Assembly: GCF_052425735.1 (NCBI RefSeq)
Contig: NC_135766.1
Span: forward strand, 6,324,001 to 6,388,000
Direction: 5' to 3'
Length of the DNA stretch: 64,000 nt
Origin: Oculina patagonica
Taxonomy: Eukaryota
Below the pieces are notes generated by a model. That model did no database searches. It saw only the letters and a program-made list of their open reading frames with translations, and was not told the origin of the DNA. A program made the position numbers and the translations under genes. Below, piece by piece: positions 27,051 to 38,631 of this stretch. Within the stretch, counting starts at the first letter, position 1. Each line of letters begins with the position of its first letter.

Positions 27051-29026
27051 GGAATATTCGGATTAGTGGAAAACACGGGGCCGGGGTCCCGGGGTCCCGG
27101 GGTGTGGAAAACGCGGGGTGTGGAAAACACGGGGTGTGGAAAACGCGGGGTGTGGAAAACGCGGGGTGTGGAAAACACGAGGTGTGGAAAACACGGGGTC
27201 CCGGGGTCTGTAGAAAACGCGGGGTCCGTTTTTTCCATTTTATAAAATTAACAATTTATCAGGTATCCGAAAATAAAACTACTCCAAGAAGAACACAGTA
27301 CAAGCCAATAATGAAACGAGAAATACAGGCAGACAGTTTTCTAGTCATAAGTAATTTATCGTGCCAGGAAAGGGTTAAACCGTGGACCTTATTGTGCTCT
27401 TATAGTGAACGCTATATATTTCAAATTTTAAAAATAGTTTTTGTTATCAAAAGACCAGTACAAAAATGTAGATCAGATAAATTTAGCTTTCTAATTTCAC
27501 AAGCAAACCTGGTGTTCTGCCGAATAGGAGGACCGCAGTATAGCTGCCTGCCTCTAATTAATTTCACCTTAGCGGCGTCTGCGTACAGGTTGCAAACATT
27601 GTCCGTCGAATTAAGTCAAAATGTAATTCTTTTATTAACTACCACCCGATCGTGTATAAAGTCTGTCGCTCTCCAGCTAAGACTCAACATTGATTTGCTA
27701 TATTCATGTAGCTCCAAGCTACAGCTAAAAGTAAACATTGGCATATGCGTGGAATAACTATGACATGCTACCGGTCATATATCAATGCACAGAAAACGGA
27801 GATTAGATATAACAACCATAATCAGTAGAGTACGGTAGATGAGTTAACTTCAAGGGTGGATCCAAATGAGTCCCTCCCGATTTCTTCTTTCTCGCTTATT
27901 TCTTTCCACTGAAACTACGCAATTCCATCCACACTTAACTTTTTTTTTGGCCGTGTTATCACGGTCGGCAGCTTTCTTTCTTTTTAGTGCTGACACCACG
28001 GCACCACACAACGATTCATGAATGAAACTAGGTGAATGAAGTCAGCGCCTGTGTCAGATATGGGCGAAGTTGGCGCGTAGTTTGTCTTAAAGGAGAAGTT
28101 CACTCCAGAATGGCCATTAATTTTCTTTGCGCCAATAAAAAGTTTACACAAAGATATGTTATTCACCAAAATTTCAGCCTCCAACTTTAGCTGTAACCCT
28201 ACGAAATCTTATCCAAAACTCGACAACTGGACGCCGCCATCTTGGAGCTGGTAATGTATGCGTGACGTCAATGAGCTCAGCCTGAAGTTTGGCGGGATTA
28301 ATTTAAATACTCGAAACTCCTTGTTTCTTCGAAGTGGCTTTTGTTTGACAAAATGCCTGTTTGTGCAGCTCCATTTTTCTCAAACAGAGCTCCAAGAAAT
28401 ACAAAAAACAAGGAGTTTGGACTATTAAAATTTCCCCGTCAAACTTCAGGCTGAGCTCTTTGACGTCACGCATACATTACCTGCTCCAAGATGGCGGCGT
28501 TCAGTTGTCGAGTTTTGGATAAGATTTCTTAGGGTTATAGCTAAAGTTGGAGGCTGAAATTTTGGTGAATAACATATCTTTGTGTAAACTTTTTATTGGC
28601 GCAAAGAAAATTAATGGCCATTCTGGAGTGAACTTCTCCTTTAATATTTATTTTCGGATACCTGATAAATTGTTAATTTTATAAAATGGAAAAAACGGAT
28701 ATTCCCAAAAGATCACAAGGACAAGTATATGATTCACGAACTTGAATTGCATTTTTACGACATGTATATAGGCTTTTCAACGCAAGGAAAGACGTTTTAC
28801 GAAGATCCTAAGTTTGGTGGTGATAAATTATTAAACTTGTCTTTTTAGCCAGAATTTTTTTTTCCTTCGTTTTATTTTCAGACCCCGGGACCCCGCGTTT
28901 TCTACAGACCCCGGGACCCCGTGTTTTCCACACCCCGTGTTTTCCACAGACCCCGGGACCCCGCGTTTTCCACACCCCGGGACCCCGGGACCCCGGCCCC
29001 GTGTTTTCCACTAATCCGGAATATTC
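27051..29026. mobile_element. Non-autonomous Mutator (MULE)/foldback-like element with tandem-repeat TIRs and 9-bp TSD
   Basis: GGAATATTC (27051-27059) | ggattagtggaaaacacggggccggggtccc ... ggccccgtgttttccactaatcc | GGAATATTC (29018-29026). Arms are built from ~17-bp gtgtggaaaacRcgggg repeats. A second inverted segment lies at about 27225-27277 versus 28647-28699. Confidence 0.88.
28087..28644. mobile_element. Kolobok-like palindromic MITE nested in the MULE-like element
   Basis: TTAA|AGGAGAAGTTCACTCCAGAATGGCC ... GGCCATTCTGGAGTGAACTTCTCCT|TTAA; near-perfect arms of about 240 bp around a short spacer. Confidence 0.9.
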
Positions 29027-32000
29027 AGCCACTGGAGAACTCAGTCAAGTGCACGGCACGCGAATTTTGTTATTATAAACTTTGTTGATATTGGACAGCT
29101 TATTGGCTCGCTCTCACATGACACTGCATTGGCAAAAGGAACCAATCATTTTGAGAATGTGATTAAACAAGTTATAAAACTACTGACATTAATTTGTTAT
29201 TGTCTATTGCCTTGCTTCGATGGCGATGGTTTTCTTCAGCGTCTCAAGTTTACATTCCTTGCCTGTCTCTAGTTGTTAAAATGCTGAAATAAAGCCAAAA
29301 TAAATGACACAACAGGGCCTGATAAAATATTTTGGCCAAATTTTGCTGTTAGATTCTGTAGATTATATTATTCATGACTAAAATACTGAGTTGGAAAAGA
29401 GTATATAGAAAATGACAGCACGTACTGCACTCTATGTATCGGCCATGATAAACTTGACCAAACCTTTGCTGTAGCTTTTCATTGCATTGGTTTTGACGTC
29501 ACGAGAGCTTGTCAATCATAATATCAGGTCATGATAAGAGTAGCTCAAAATAACTTAAAATGTCACGGAGTATTTAGCAAGCTGGCTGTTTTCCAGTCAT
29601 GAATTAGATGCTTGTCAAGTCGAATAGCTTTTTGATTGATAGCCACTAAGAAAGCTTGATAATAATGAGTTCCGGTCCAACAAAGAATTATTTCAAATTT
29701 TGGAAATTGTATCAGAAGTTAAAAGGCCTGTGTATTCGCGATTTAAAACGAAAACAACAGAAAGCACATAAAAATCCGATAATATTCCCCGCCGAGAATT
29801 AAGCTTCCACCCCTCAAAAAAAATTCCAGATACAGAAAGCTCTCCGATAATACATCTACATAGAAATTAACCTGATGGGCCTCCAGCAATATAAACCCAT
29901 GGCCTAGTATTTAAAATTAGATATATTCAGGTTTTATCTGATCAGTTAGCCTCCTAGCTAGACCTCTTCTCCTGCACATGTTCCTGTAGACCTTGTTTTG
30001 CATTTTACATCGTTGTAATATGCTCAGAGACTTTTGGCATTCATTTGGCGACTGTATTACTTGTTTTGTGTTTCATATTGTCATGTTAATGTGTTACCTA
30101 CAATTTTCTTATGAGCAGCCAAAAGTAACAGGTACAAAATCCCTAATTATTTTTAAAACCAAAACTCTTTCAGATCATACCCCATCTGATAATAGTCCCA
30201 CCAAAAATCCTTTGAACAAAAGTAGCACAGGGCTTATTTTCGAAATTTTAGTGCGGATTGTTTTAATATACTCCGTAAAATGGTCCTAGCTATAATAATA
30301 TATAGTCCGAATTTAAATGTAAATTGTGCCTGGTATATATGTATATAAAAATCAGTACATTTTGACGAAGGACTCCCATCGTTAGTTTATCTTCGAGGCT
30401 GGTAAAGAATTGTGGTTTTGAGACAATTTTCTCAACGGGCGTGTTTTTAAAGTCATTTGGAGTTAGAATCAGTAAGGGTTTGTTCTTACGCAAATTTGTT
30501 GAATTTTTCGCGGAAACAAACTAAGAGTGCCGAGAATAACTGCTATTCAGTAAGAGTTTAGCTTTTATCCAGTTTTCTGTAGCTCAGTAACTTAACATTA
30601 GCTGTTGTTTTGTATTTGAAATCTACTCCAGCTCAACGAGAATTCCTCTTTTTGTAGTCTTTTAGAAAGAACTGAAATCAGTGGGAATACTTTTTTTAAA
30701 AAAATTGCATGCGTTTCTCCATTTGTGTACTTCTCCTGTGAAGTTAAAATTTCAGTAAAACATGCAAAAATATCTACTACACAAAAAATGAAAACCAAGA
30801 TCTACGCTTTTACCGTTTTCATTCGATGCAGAACTGGAAGCCTTCTCAGGGAATTCGTTGCAAAATACTCAACATCCAAAACCACAACATCGCCAACTGA
30901 GCGTCACCAAGGAAGTCGCGAATGCAAAGGTGTTTTTTCATCGTGAACAATATTTTAATATCAATATTAATGTTTAATGATACCCCTGTGATGTTTTTGT
31001 CTCGAAACAAAGCTTCACAGCGGTTGAAAACCCATTAGTACAAGACAGATGACCAGATCAATTTTCTTCTTCGTGTGATGAATAGATCGATATTCTAAAT
31101 AGCCTGCTAGCAGACATCCTTCCTGCATCGTTGAAATAGAATTAATGCTCTATAGGCTAATTGTCAAAGAGCTTTGTGCAGTGTGTCATAAAAGTTTTTT
31201 TTACATAACAAACTGTTTTAAAATCGAATAAAACCTCTGGGTATTTGTATTAAAAACAGGAAAATACAAAAGGAACCGTAGAAAGCCATTAAAGAGAAAT
31301 GGTTCAAACTGTGTTGGATGAAAACGAATTTCAAAACTCGTAACTTGACATCTGTCGTTCAGTTCAAAAAATGGTGCATAAAATCAGGCACCACCAACCC
31401 CCTCCCCAGGTGGAACTCTTATATGAAACGGACAGCAGTGCTCGTTAAGAATTTAGACAAAGGATCCGTTTGGGTCGGGTGTTGTTTGAGTTCATCTTTA
31501 CTCCTATTGCAATTGATAATTGTCTCTCGTGTTTCGTGCGATCTATGCCTTGCTGACGAGCCCCAATGAGGGCTAAATAGCTTTCCCCGGCTGTTTTCTG
31601 CTGTAGCCGGGGTCTAGATAACCGCATTTCTGTGTAGAAAGAGCTTGAAGTATCTTTGAGTCTATCTTAAAACTTAAACGACCTACGCCGGCGAAGAGTC
31701 AATTCCCAGACAAAGTGCCCATTTCATTTCGTGATTACAGTTCCTGTTTATTTTCGGGTTTTTTGAAATGTTCCCGAAAAGGTAACATAATAGAGCCGTA
31801 ACATCTGTGAAATTTTAAAAAGTACACGTATGTACATTGTATTGACAGAGAATTGTTCTCGGACAATACTGGCTTTTGGGTAAAGTTGATGTTCCTTACA
31901 CAACGTATACATTTTCCGTTTGCAAACCGCTGGATGTTGGAAAATAAGGTTCCCTAAATTTTAGTCGTATGCCACTTGTAAAGAGTTGTTGACCAGAAAC

Positions 32001-33016
32001 TGACATATTTCCGATACACATGCATAACTGTTTGGATTAATCAACGGTATTTATTTTATTTTCACTTTCAGTTTTAATAATGAGATAACGAATTTCAAAC
32101 ACTTGACTGTGATGTCGGTCATTACTTTTGCCGTTCACATTAGTATGAATTCAAATTGGTCTCCTGAATAATTAACTGCTGTTTATTTCCTACGAGAAAA
32201 TTTTAATATAGCACTTACGGCTTTTATCATAAAGACGTCAGCTTTTGGCATGTATTCATGACTGTATTTAATCATGCAAATAGAAAAGAAGACTGTAGAA
32301 CGACGAGTCACAAAAGCGCCAGCTAATAAGCGACGTTGAATTGTGCCACATTGTGTTCAATTGGTTGCCTTGTGGTAAACATACGATTTATTGCTCGCTC
32401 AAATTGTTCATGGAAATTACTCTGTGTATCTTGTGTTGTTTTGTTTCTGTGACAGGCCTGGGATGATTTAAATTAAAAAAAAAATACTTCATCTAATATT
32501 TGCATTATGTCAGCGTAGATCGACATTATTCCGTTGCTATTGACACAGAAAAGTTTGCTTTTTTAAAAGAAATAAATTTTTCACTATTCAAATTCTGATT
32601 TTAATTAGTCAACAACGCGCTGCTCTATAAAACGTTAAAAATGACGCCTTCCTTTGCATTTTAAAGGATTTTCTACTCAAAAGGTATTGTTACGAAACAA
32701 CTGGTATCGTATCTTAGAAGCAAGCGCGCGTTCGTTAATCAACTTATCATAGTTTGCACGCAATTACAGACCTTCATATTGGCGGTCGCTGGATCGCTTT
32801 ATGATATGACATGACAGTTCTGTTTATCCATAAAACCGCCTGTTCGCTTCTATTGTTCCGACGCCATTGCCTAAGACAGCTGTACTTGGAGCAATGAGAC
32901 CGGAAAAAAATTAAAATACATTGCTCAACCGATGTGATCTCCATTTTCCGGAACAATTAGATTCGACTTTGAGAAATTCACGATTGAACTGAACATTTTC
33001 GTGAAGATTCAAGACA

Positions 33017-35860
33017 ATGGGGAGTTCAGCCTGTTTCGCTGGCCGCTGTTTTGTCAGCGCAATTCTTTTCGTCTCTCTTTTTTCATTTACATATCAGCAA
33101 TTCCATGAACACAACGATGAGCATAAGTGGATTTGGAAAGATGGAGATGTAATGCTAAAAGGATTATTCCCGATTACATCTCAGGATGGAGGGAAATGCG
33201 AGCGTTTGGATTCGAACGGCGTTGCATGGATGTTGGCAATGGTCTACGCAGTCGACAAGATCAACAATTCGACTTCACTTTTACCAAACAAAACCATCGG
33301 TTACGAAATCGAGAACACATGCGAGAGTATTCCTAAATCGATGAGCTACGCCATTCAGATCGTCTCAAAATATCGGCCTAATTCAATTTGCAGAGGGCAC
33401 GACGATTGTTGTCAAAATGGCAGTGATTCCCGCCCAGGAGATAAGCGAATTTCCGCGGTTATCGGCCCGGCCGTGTCGTGGATTTCAATTCCTGTTGCGA
33501 GGCTGCTGGGTTTGTATGGTATTCCTCAGATCAGTTATGCCTCGACGAGTCGCATTCTTGGCGACAAGACACGCTACAACTCATTTCTGCGTACCGTGCC
33601 CTCGGACGAGTTCCAGTCTCAAGCTATAGCTAAATTCGTTCATCATTTTCACTGGAATTTCGTGTTTCTTATTGCAAGCGACGATGATTATGGGAAGATG
33701 GGAGCTGCAGCGTTTAAAACCGCCGCCAAGAACTTGAGCGTGTGCATTGCTAACGATGAATACATCGCCTTTGGTTCGCCGAATTCTGATCGGCAGATCG
33801 AGGACACGATAAACAAGTTGAAAAACACAGAGCGTGCAAAAGTTGTTGTAGTGTTCAGTTACTTCGAACAGGGAGAGAGATTGTTGAAACAGGCGGAAAA
33901 AATGAAGTTAACGGATCGGACATGGGTGGCAAGTGATGGATGGAATTCGCTCAACTCCGAGCTGGCTAATTTGAACGTTAGCGAGACCATGTTACAAGGG
34001 CTGTTTAGTTTCTCAATAAGATCTAAACAAGTGGAAGAGTTCGAGAAGTCTGTACGAGAATTGTCGATTCGAGCTGCGCAGGCGCACAATCCGTGGTTTA
34101 CGAGATACTTGGAGGAAACTTTACACTGTCAAGTTTCCCAAAACTCTGATTCATCACAGCTGAAGAAGACATGCAATCCTGATGCAGTACTCCCCCCTGA
34201 CCACGAAATTGGTAAAGATTTCGTGGCAAATGTTATTGATGCTGTTTACGTCGTTGCTCATGCAATGCATGATATTTTAACTTGCAATACATCACAGCGT
34301 CTGCGGGGCCGGTGTCCGAACACAAGTCAGCCCATAACCCCAGAGACGCTGTTCGAATTTGCGTCAAACGTCGATTTTCATGGATTTGATTACAACAAGG
34401 TCCAGTTTGACAAAGATGGCGAACGAACTGCCAGCGACTATGTTATACGGAATCTTCAGCTGAGCAGTGAAAACCGCTTGCAGTACGTCGAAGTCGGTTA
34501 CTGGAGTAAGAACAACCAACATTCAAGCTTCAGTGTTAATGAAAGTTTGATTAAGTGGAATTCTGGAATAAAGCCACTGTCGACCTGCTTCCGCGAGTGC
34601 CAACCCGGCGAGCGAGTGGTTGGACAATCAGAATGTTGCTGGAACTGTCAAAAATGTGACAAGGGCAAAGTCAGCTTTAAGTCGGGTTCCCTCGCTTGCA
34701 CACTTTGCAATGACACGCATTATGCAAACGCCGAGAGAACCCAGTGTGTCTTACGTGAAGTGGTCTATCTCCAGCCCTCAGATCCTGCTGGTATTTCCAT
34801 TATAACTCTAAGTTGTGTTGGGATGGTTGTCTTGACCGCCGTGACAGTTATTTTCCTCCTTAAACGGAAAACACCTGTTGTTACGGACTCGAGTCCCTAC
34901 CTATTTATTTTGTTTTTCATCACACTGTACATGTCTTTTATATTGACCATTATGCAAGTTAGTAGTAAGCCCACTGATGGTTCCTGCATCGCGGCAAGTG
35001 TCTTACTGCTGTTAGTATTCGTCTTTTACGCAGCGTTTTTCCTCGCCAAGTCAAAGACAGCAACGCAGTTACTCCAGTCAGCAGTTTCTCATCTGACGAA
35101 CATGCCCACAGCTTATTTACAGCTGGTCGAAGTAGCTGTGATAGTTTTACTTCAAGCTATTTTGATAATCGCATGGCAGGCGACGTCGTTATCCATGGCT
35201 CGCTTTCAAAACCAAGAAGACAACACTCGTTTACTTGAGTGTTACGAGAGCTTCCCGGCCGCTCATATCATCGCTATTTGCTATCCGATTATTGTTCTTG
35301 TGCTGGCGACTCTACTAGCATCCCGCGAAAGGCGTTTACCAGACAACTTTAACGAAGCGAAAACAATGAGTTTCTCTACTATCGCTCTTTGCATTCTTCT
35401 CGTAGCTTTCATTCCGACTTACCGCTTCGTCGTGGGTAACAATCGGATCCTTGTAGTCGCATTTACGTTGTTTGTAGCAGCGTTTGCCTGTATGGGCTGT
35501 GTATTCATCCCTAAACTGTACATCATCTTTTTCAAACCAGAAATAAACACTGAAGCGTCCAATCATGAAACAGGCGAGCAGTACGTCACACATCCGGGAC
35601 CCGCTCCTAATCAGGCCACTTCGGACACCCAGACGAGTCAGAGCCTGGGTCACGTGAATCATGGCGCCACGTTTGGCTTAACTAACGGAAGAACGACGTC
35701 GCAATTGTCACGTGATAGCTTGGCTCCTGTTGATGAAAGGAATGAGGAGGAGGTAGCTACTGATAATGGTCCCACACAAACCAAAGGAAAGGGCTCGGCG
35801 ACACCTGATGTAGACGAAATAAGTAGCATAAGTGAAGTACTGACTTACGCAGTGATATGA
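33017..35860 (+). CDS. Class C GPCR 'C' (CaSR/GPRC6A-like), 947 aa, intronless CDS
   Basis: Single ORF: signal peptide, DGDVMLKGLFP, IGYEIENTC, IPQISYASTS, FLRTVPSDEFQ, DDDYGKMG, WVASDGW, NPWF, nine-Cys domain (CFREC..CCWNCQKC..C..C..C), 7TM with LPDNFNEAK and FIPKLYIIFFKPEIN. Confidence 0.96.
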   Translation: MGSSACFAGRCFVSAILFVSLFSFTYQQFHEHNDEHKWIWKDGDVMLKGLFPITSQDGGKCERLDSNGVAWMLAMVYAVDKINNSTSLLPNKTIGYEIENTCESIPKSMSYAIQIVSKYRPNSICRGHDDCCQNGSDSRPGDKRISAVIGPAVSWISIPVARLLGLYGIPQISYASTSRILGDKTRYNSFLRTVPSDEFQSQAIAKFVHHFHWNFVFLIASDDDYGKMGAAAFKTAAKNLSVCIANDEYIAFGSPNSDRQIEDTINKLKNTERAKVVVVFSYFEQGERLLKQAEKMKLTDRTWVASDGWNSLNSELANLNVSETMLQGLFSFSIRSKQVEEFEKSVRELSIRAAQAHNPWFTRYLEETLHCQVSQNSDSSQLKKTCNPDAVLPPDHEIGKDFVANVIDAVYVVAHAMHDILTCNTSQRLRGRCPNTSQPITPETLFEFASNVDFHGFDYNKVQFDKDGERTASDYVIRNLQLSSENRLQYVEVGYWSKNNQHSSFSVNESLIKWNSGIKPLSTCFRECQPGERVVGQSECCWNCQKCDKGKVSFKSGSLACTLCNDTHYANAERTQCVLREVVYLQPSDPAGISIITLSCVGMVVLTAVTVIFLLKRKTPVVTDSSPYLFILFFITLYMSFILTIMQVSSKPTDGSCIAASVLLLLVFVFYAAFFLAKSKTATQLLQSAVSHLTNMPTAYLQLVEVAVIVLLQAILIIAWQATSLSMARFQNQEDNTRLLECYESFPAAHIIAICYPIIVLVLATLLASRERRLPDNFNEAKTMSFSTIALCILLVAFIPTYRFVVGNNRILVVAFTLFVAAFACMGCVFIPKLYIIFFKPEINTEASNHETGEQYVTHPGPAPNQATSDTQTSQSLGHVNHGATFGLTNGRTTSQLSRDSLAPVDERNEEEVATDNGPTQTKGKGSATPDVDEISSISEVLTYAVI

Positions 35861-37264
35861 GGGAGGAATAACCAGAACTGGACCATTAAATTAGTCTTAC
35901 AAATGACTGTTAAGTCTCCAAGGAAAAGACCGCCTGTCATTCTCAGACAAGCTGGTCTTGTAATATAATCTGAGATGACTCAGGAAAGTGTCGCCAGCGA
36001 CCACGTCAATTCCACTTGCTCGTGTTGATGTCAGAACGTTCAGAAAGACTGCAAAGAGCTAAACTTAATCAAAACAACTTAATAAAAAACTTTGTCGGAG
36101 TTGCAGAGACACGGCTCTCGTCACTGCAAAGTATTTACAGTTGCTATTCTTATAAGAGTACGGGACACCTCCTCGATGTAACAGTGGGTCTTCCTTTGCA
36201 GCCGATATTTGGGTCGTCACGACACGTTTCTCCCAACTTGTGTGACGACTTAAGTAACGGCTGCAGAGGAGACTAATTATTAGCAGGCATCTGCTCAAAA
36301 CTGGATAAAAAAGTAACAAAAGATTCCATTGTACAACAAAATTTTCGAAAAATTTCAAAGGAATTTCATGAACGTAAGACTCGTTTTCGAGTTTGTCTAC
36401 ATTCTAATCCATTTCCATCCTCGCCATCATTATTCGCTTTCAAATTAGTTCCTGTCATTTGTCGAGTATTGTTCAAAAGGAAAAAACATTATTATTGCGC
36501 TTCCCATGATCTAGATAACGTGTATTAGCTTTTAGATATCATGCTATTAATACATCACGGTATAATTAAGTATTTAAACTTATTCTATAACATGTTCTAT
36601 AAATTCTATAAATTCCTACAATTATATAGATGGCCAAATTAAAGTAGCTAAGTTGCGGTATTTTACCTCAAAATGATAATTTTTTAGAAAACCTCATAGA
36701 AGTAACAATAAACCGAAATAAATGGAAAACGAAGGATACGATAAACTTGGAAAAAATTGGCCAACATTTTTTTTAAAACGCGCCGCCGCGACGTAACTCG
36801 TTTAAGTACTGCGAGTTTTGAATCTTACATCCGTGAGGTTTACAAATCGAATGATTATTGAAAATGTGATTATTCATTAAAACATATTTTTTCTTACATC
36901 ATTTCATTTTTGGATATCTTTTTTTATGTAGTACAAGTGAAACATGATTTGGATAATTTCGACTGTAGTTATATCGCTCGCCCGAAATCACATCCAAGCA
37001 TGTGCACGATTATGTGATAATTTTTTAACTGTCGAAATTATATGTTCACAAGTAATGTGACTAGTGTCGTCTGTTTCACGCGCGATATAATTCAAACGTA
37101 ATAGGACTGCATGCTGTTCAACTTAGAAATAAATGAATTGAATTCAGAAATTTAATTTCGAAATAACTGAATTCAATTTGGACAAAGCCGTAGGCGGAGT
37201 CCAATTTTCGACAATTTGGCAGGCCAAGTTTTTTTTTCCATATTGGACAGCATGTAGTTTTATT

Positions 37265-37730
37265 TACCGTAATGATTCGATTTAGCGCCCGGGACGCTTA
37301 TTTACTTTTGGCACCTCGAGGGAGTGCGCTTATTCGAGACAGGGCGCTTATTCGGGACAGGGCGCTTATTTAATTTCTTGAGAAACAACCAAATGTATCT
37401 AACAATAACAGAAACTGTAACAGTTAGAAATTGTTTAAAGTTCAGTTACTTTTAAAATAATTGTTCATTTTAGCAGTAAATATATACATGAACTGTACGG
37501 CGAACGGTGAGGAGTTTATCTAGTTGACATCAATGACTTCAGTATGGGCAGTTATCCACAATAGGGGCACTTATTAGAATAGGGGTGCTTATAAGAACGG
37601 GGGCGCTAATTAGAATGGGGGCGCTTATTGGAATAGGGGCGCTTATTTACAAAAACACATTCGAAGGGGGGCGTTTATTCGGAAGGGGGCGCTTATTTGA
37701 AGGAGGGCGCTAAATCGAATCAATACGGTA
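37265..37730. mobile_element. Tc1/mariner-type MITE (TA TSD, CCGTA termini)
   Basis: TA|CCGTAATGATTCGATTTAGCGCCC ... GGGCGCTAAATCGAATCAATACGG|TA, with multiple internal ggggcgcttatt repeats. Confidence 0.85.
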
Positions 37731-38596
37731 CATTAAAGATTAAAAAGCAAATAAATCAAATGTAAATAATGAGATGATCAGGTTTTGCTCAATAAACGTA
37801 AAATTACAATTCCACAATGGGGAATCGGTAATGCAACTTATTTTGATCAGTATTACCTTTATATTTTTACTTATTTTTCGCGGGAACTTGATATCAGGCG
37901 AAAATGAAACGGGCATTTTAATTTTTGCGTGACGTTTTGCGATTTGGCCAAAAAACACGTTTAAATACTTTTTTGCAATAGTTACATCCCGGGAAAATAA
38001 GCAGCAGTAAGGTATACCAGTACTCTGTACTGGAAGTTGAATCGTCCCCAGTCAGTCTCTTTTGTACTCGCAGAGGGAGACTAGATGAGACTAAAAAAGA
38101 ATTTCCGCGACACCTTAATTTCCATTACTATTACCCAAATTCTGGATCTTGTCCAGATATAGTCGACTTTCTTTTTCTGGCAACTGTATTTCGATCATTT
38201 TCAATGCAAATAACCTGCGGCTCGGGCTAAAATGAGCTCTGAGAAGGGCCAAAAACATATTTACGCCCAAGAACATCAACTCTATTACTATTATTACTAT
38301 TATAATCATTTCAGCATTTTCGTTCAGAGGGCATTTAGCTAAGGAATCAAAAATAGTAAGCGATATCTTGAACACTGCCGACTTGCGAATCGGCGTTTAT
38401 TTCTCATTGTAAACCAGGTTTAAAAGTTTACAAAACTCGGCAGAAAACCGCAAAATTACTCAAAACAATCTTTTGAAAAGGAAATTACAGATAAATAGTC
38501 GTCATTTAGAAGTGTTTAAATTAATTGTGCTGTAACTGAACTGGCAGTTTGGAATATGCCTGAAATTCAACTGAGCGAGTTTCGCTCTTCGAAGAC

Positions 38597-38600
<4 letters not shown>

Positions 38601-38631
<31 letters not shown>

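Noticed and set aside
27065-27230. Regularly repeated 17-mers considered as a CRISPR-like array
   Set aside because: Head-to-tail repeats without unique spacers, inside a TIR, in eukaryotic DNA with no cas genes.
27020-27757. Repetitive ORFs (217 aa +, 72 aa -) and similar ORF 28808-29032
   Set aside because: Translations of the transposon's tandem-repeat arms; no transposase motifs.
15378-35662. Numerous short antisense or alternate-frame ORFs overlapping the three class C GPCR exons
   Set aside because: Expected shadows of long GC-richer coding exons; no independent motifs.
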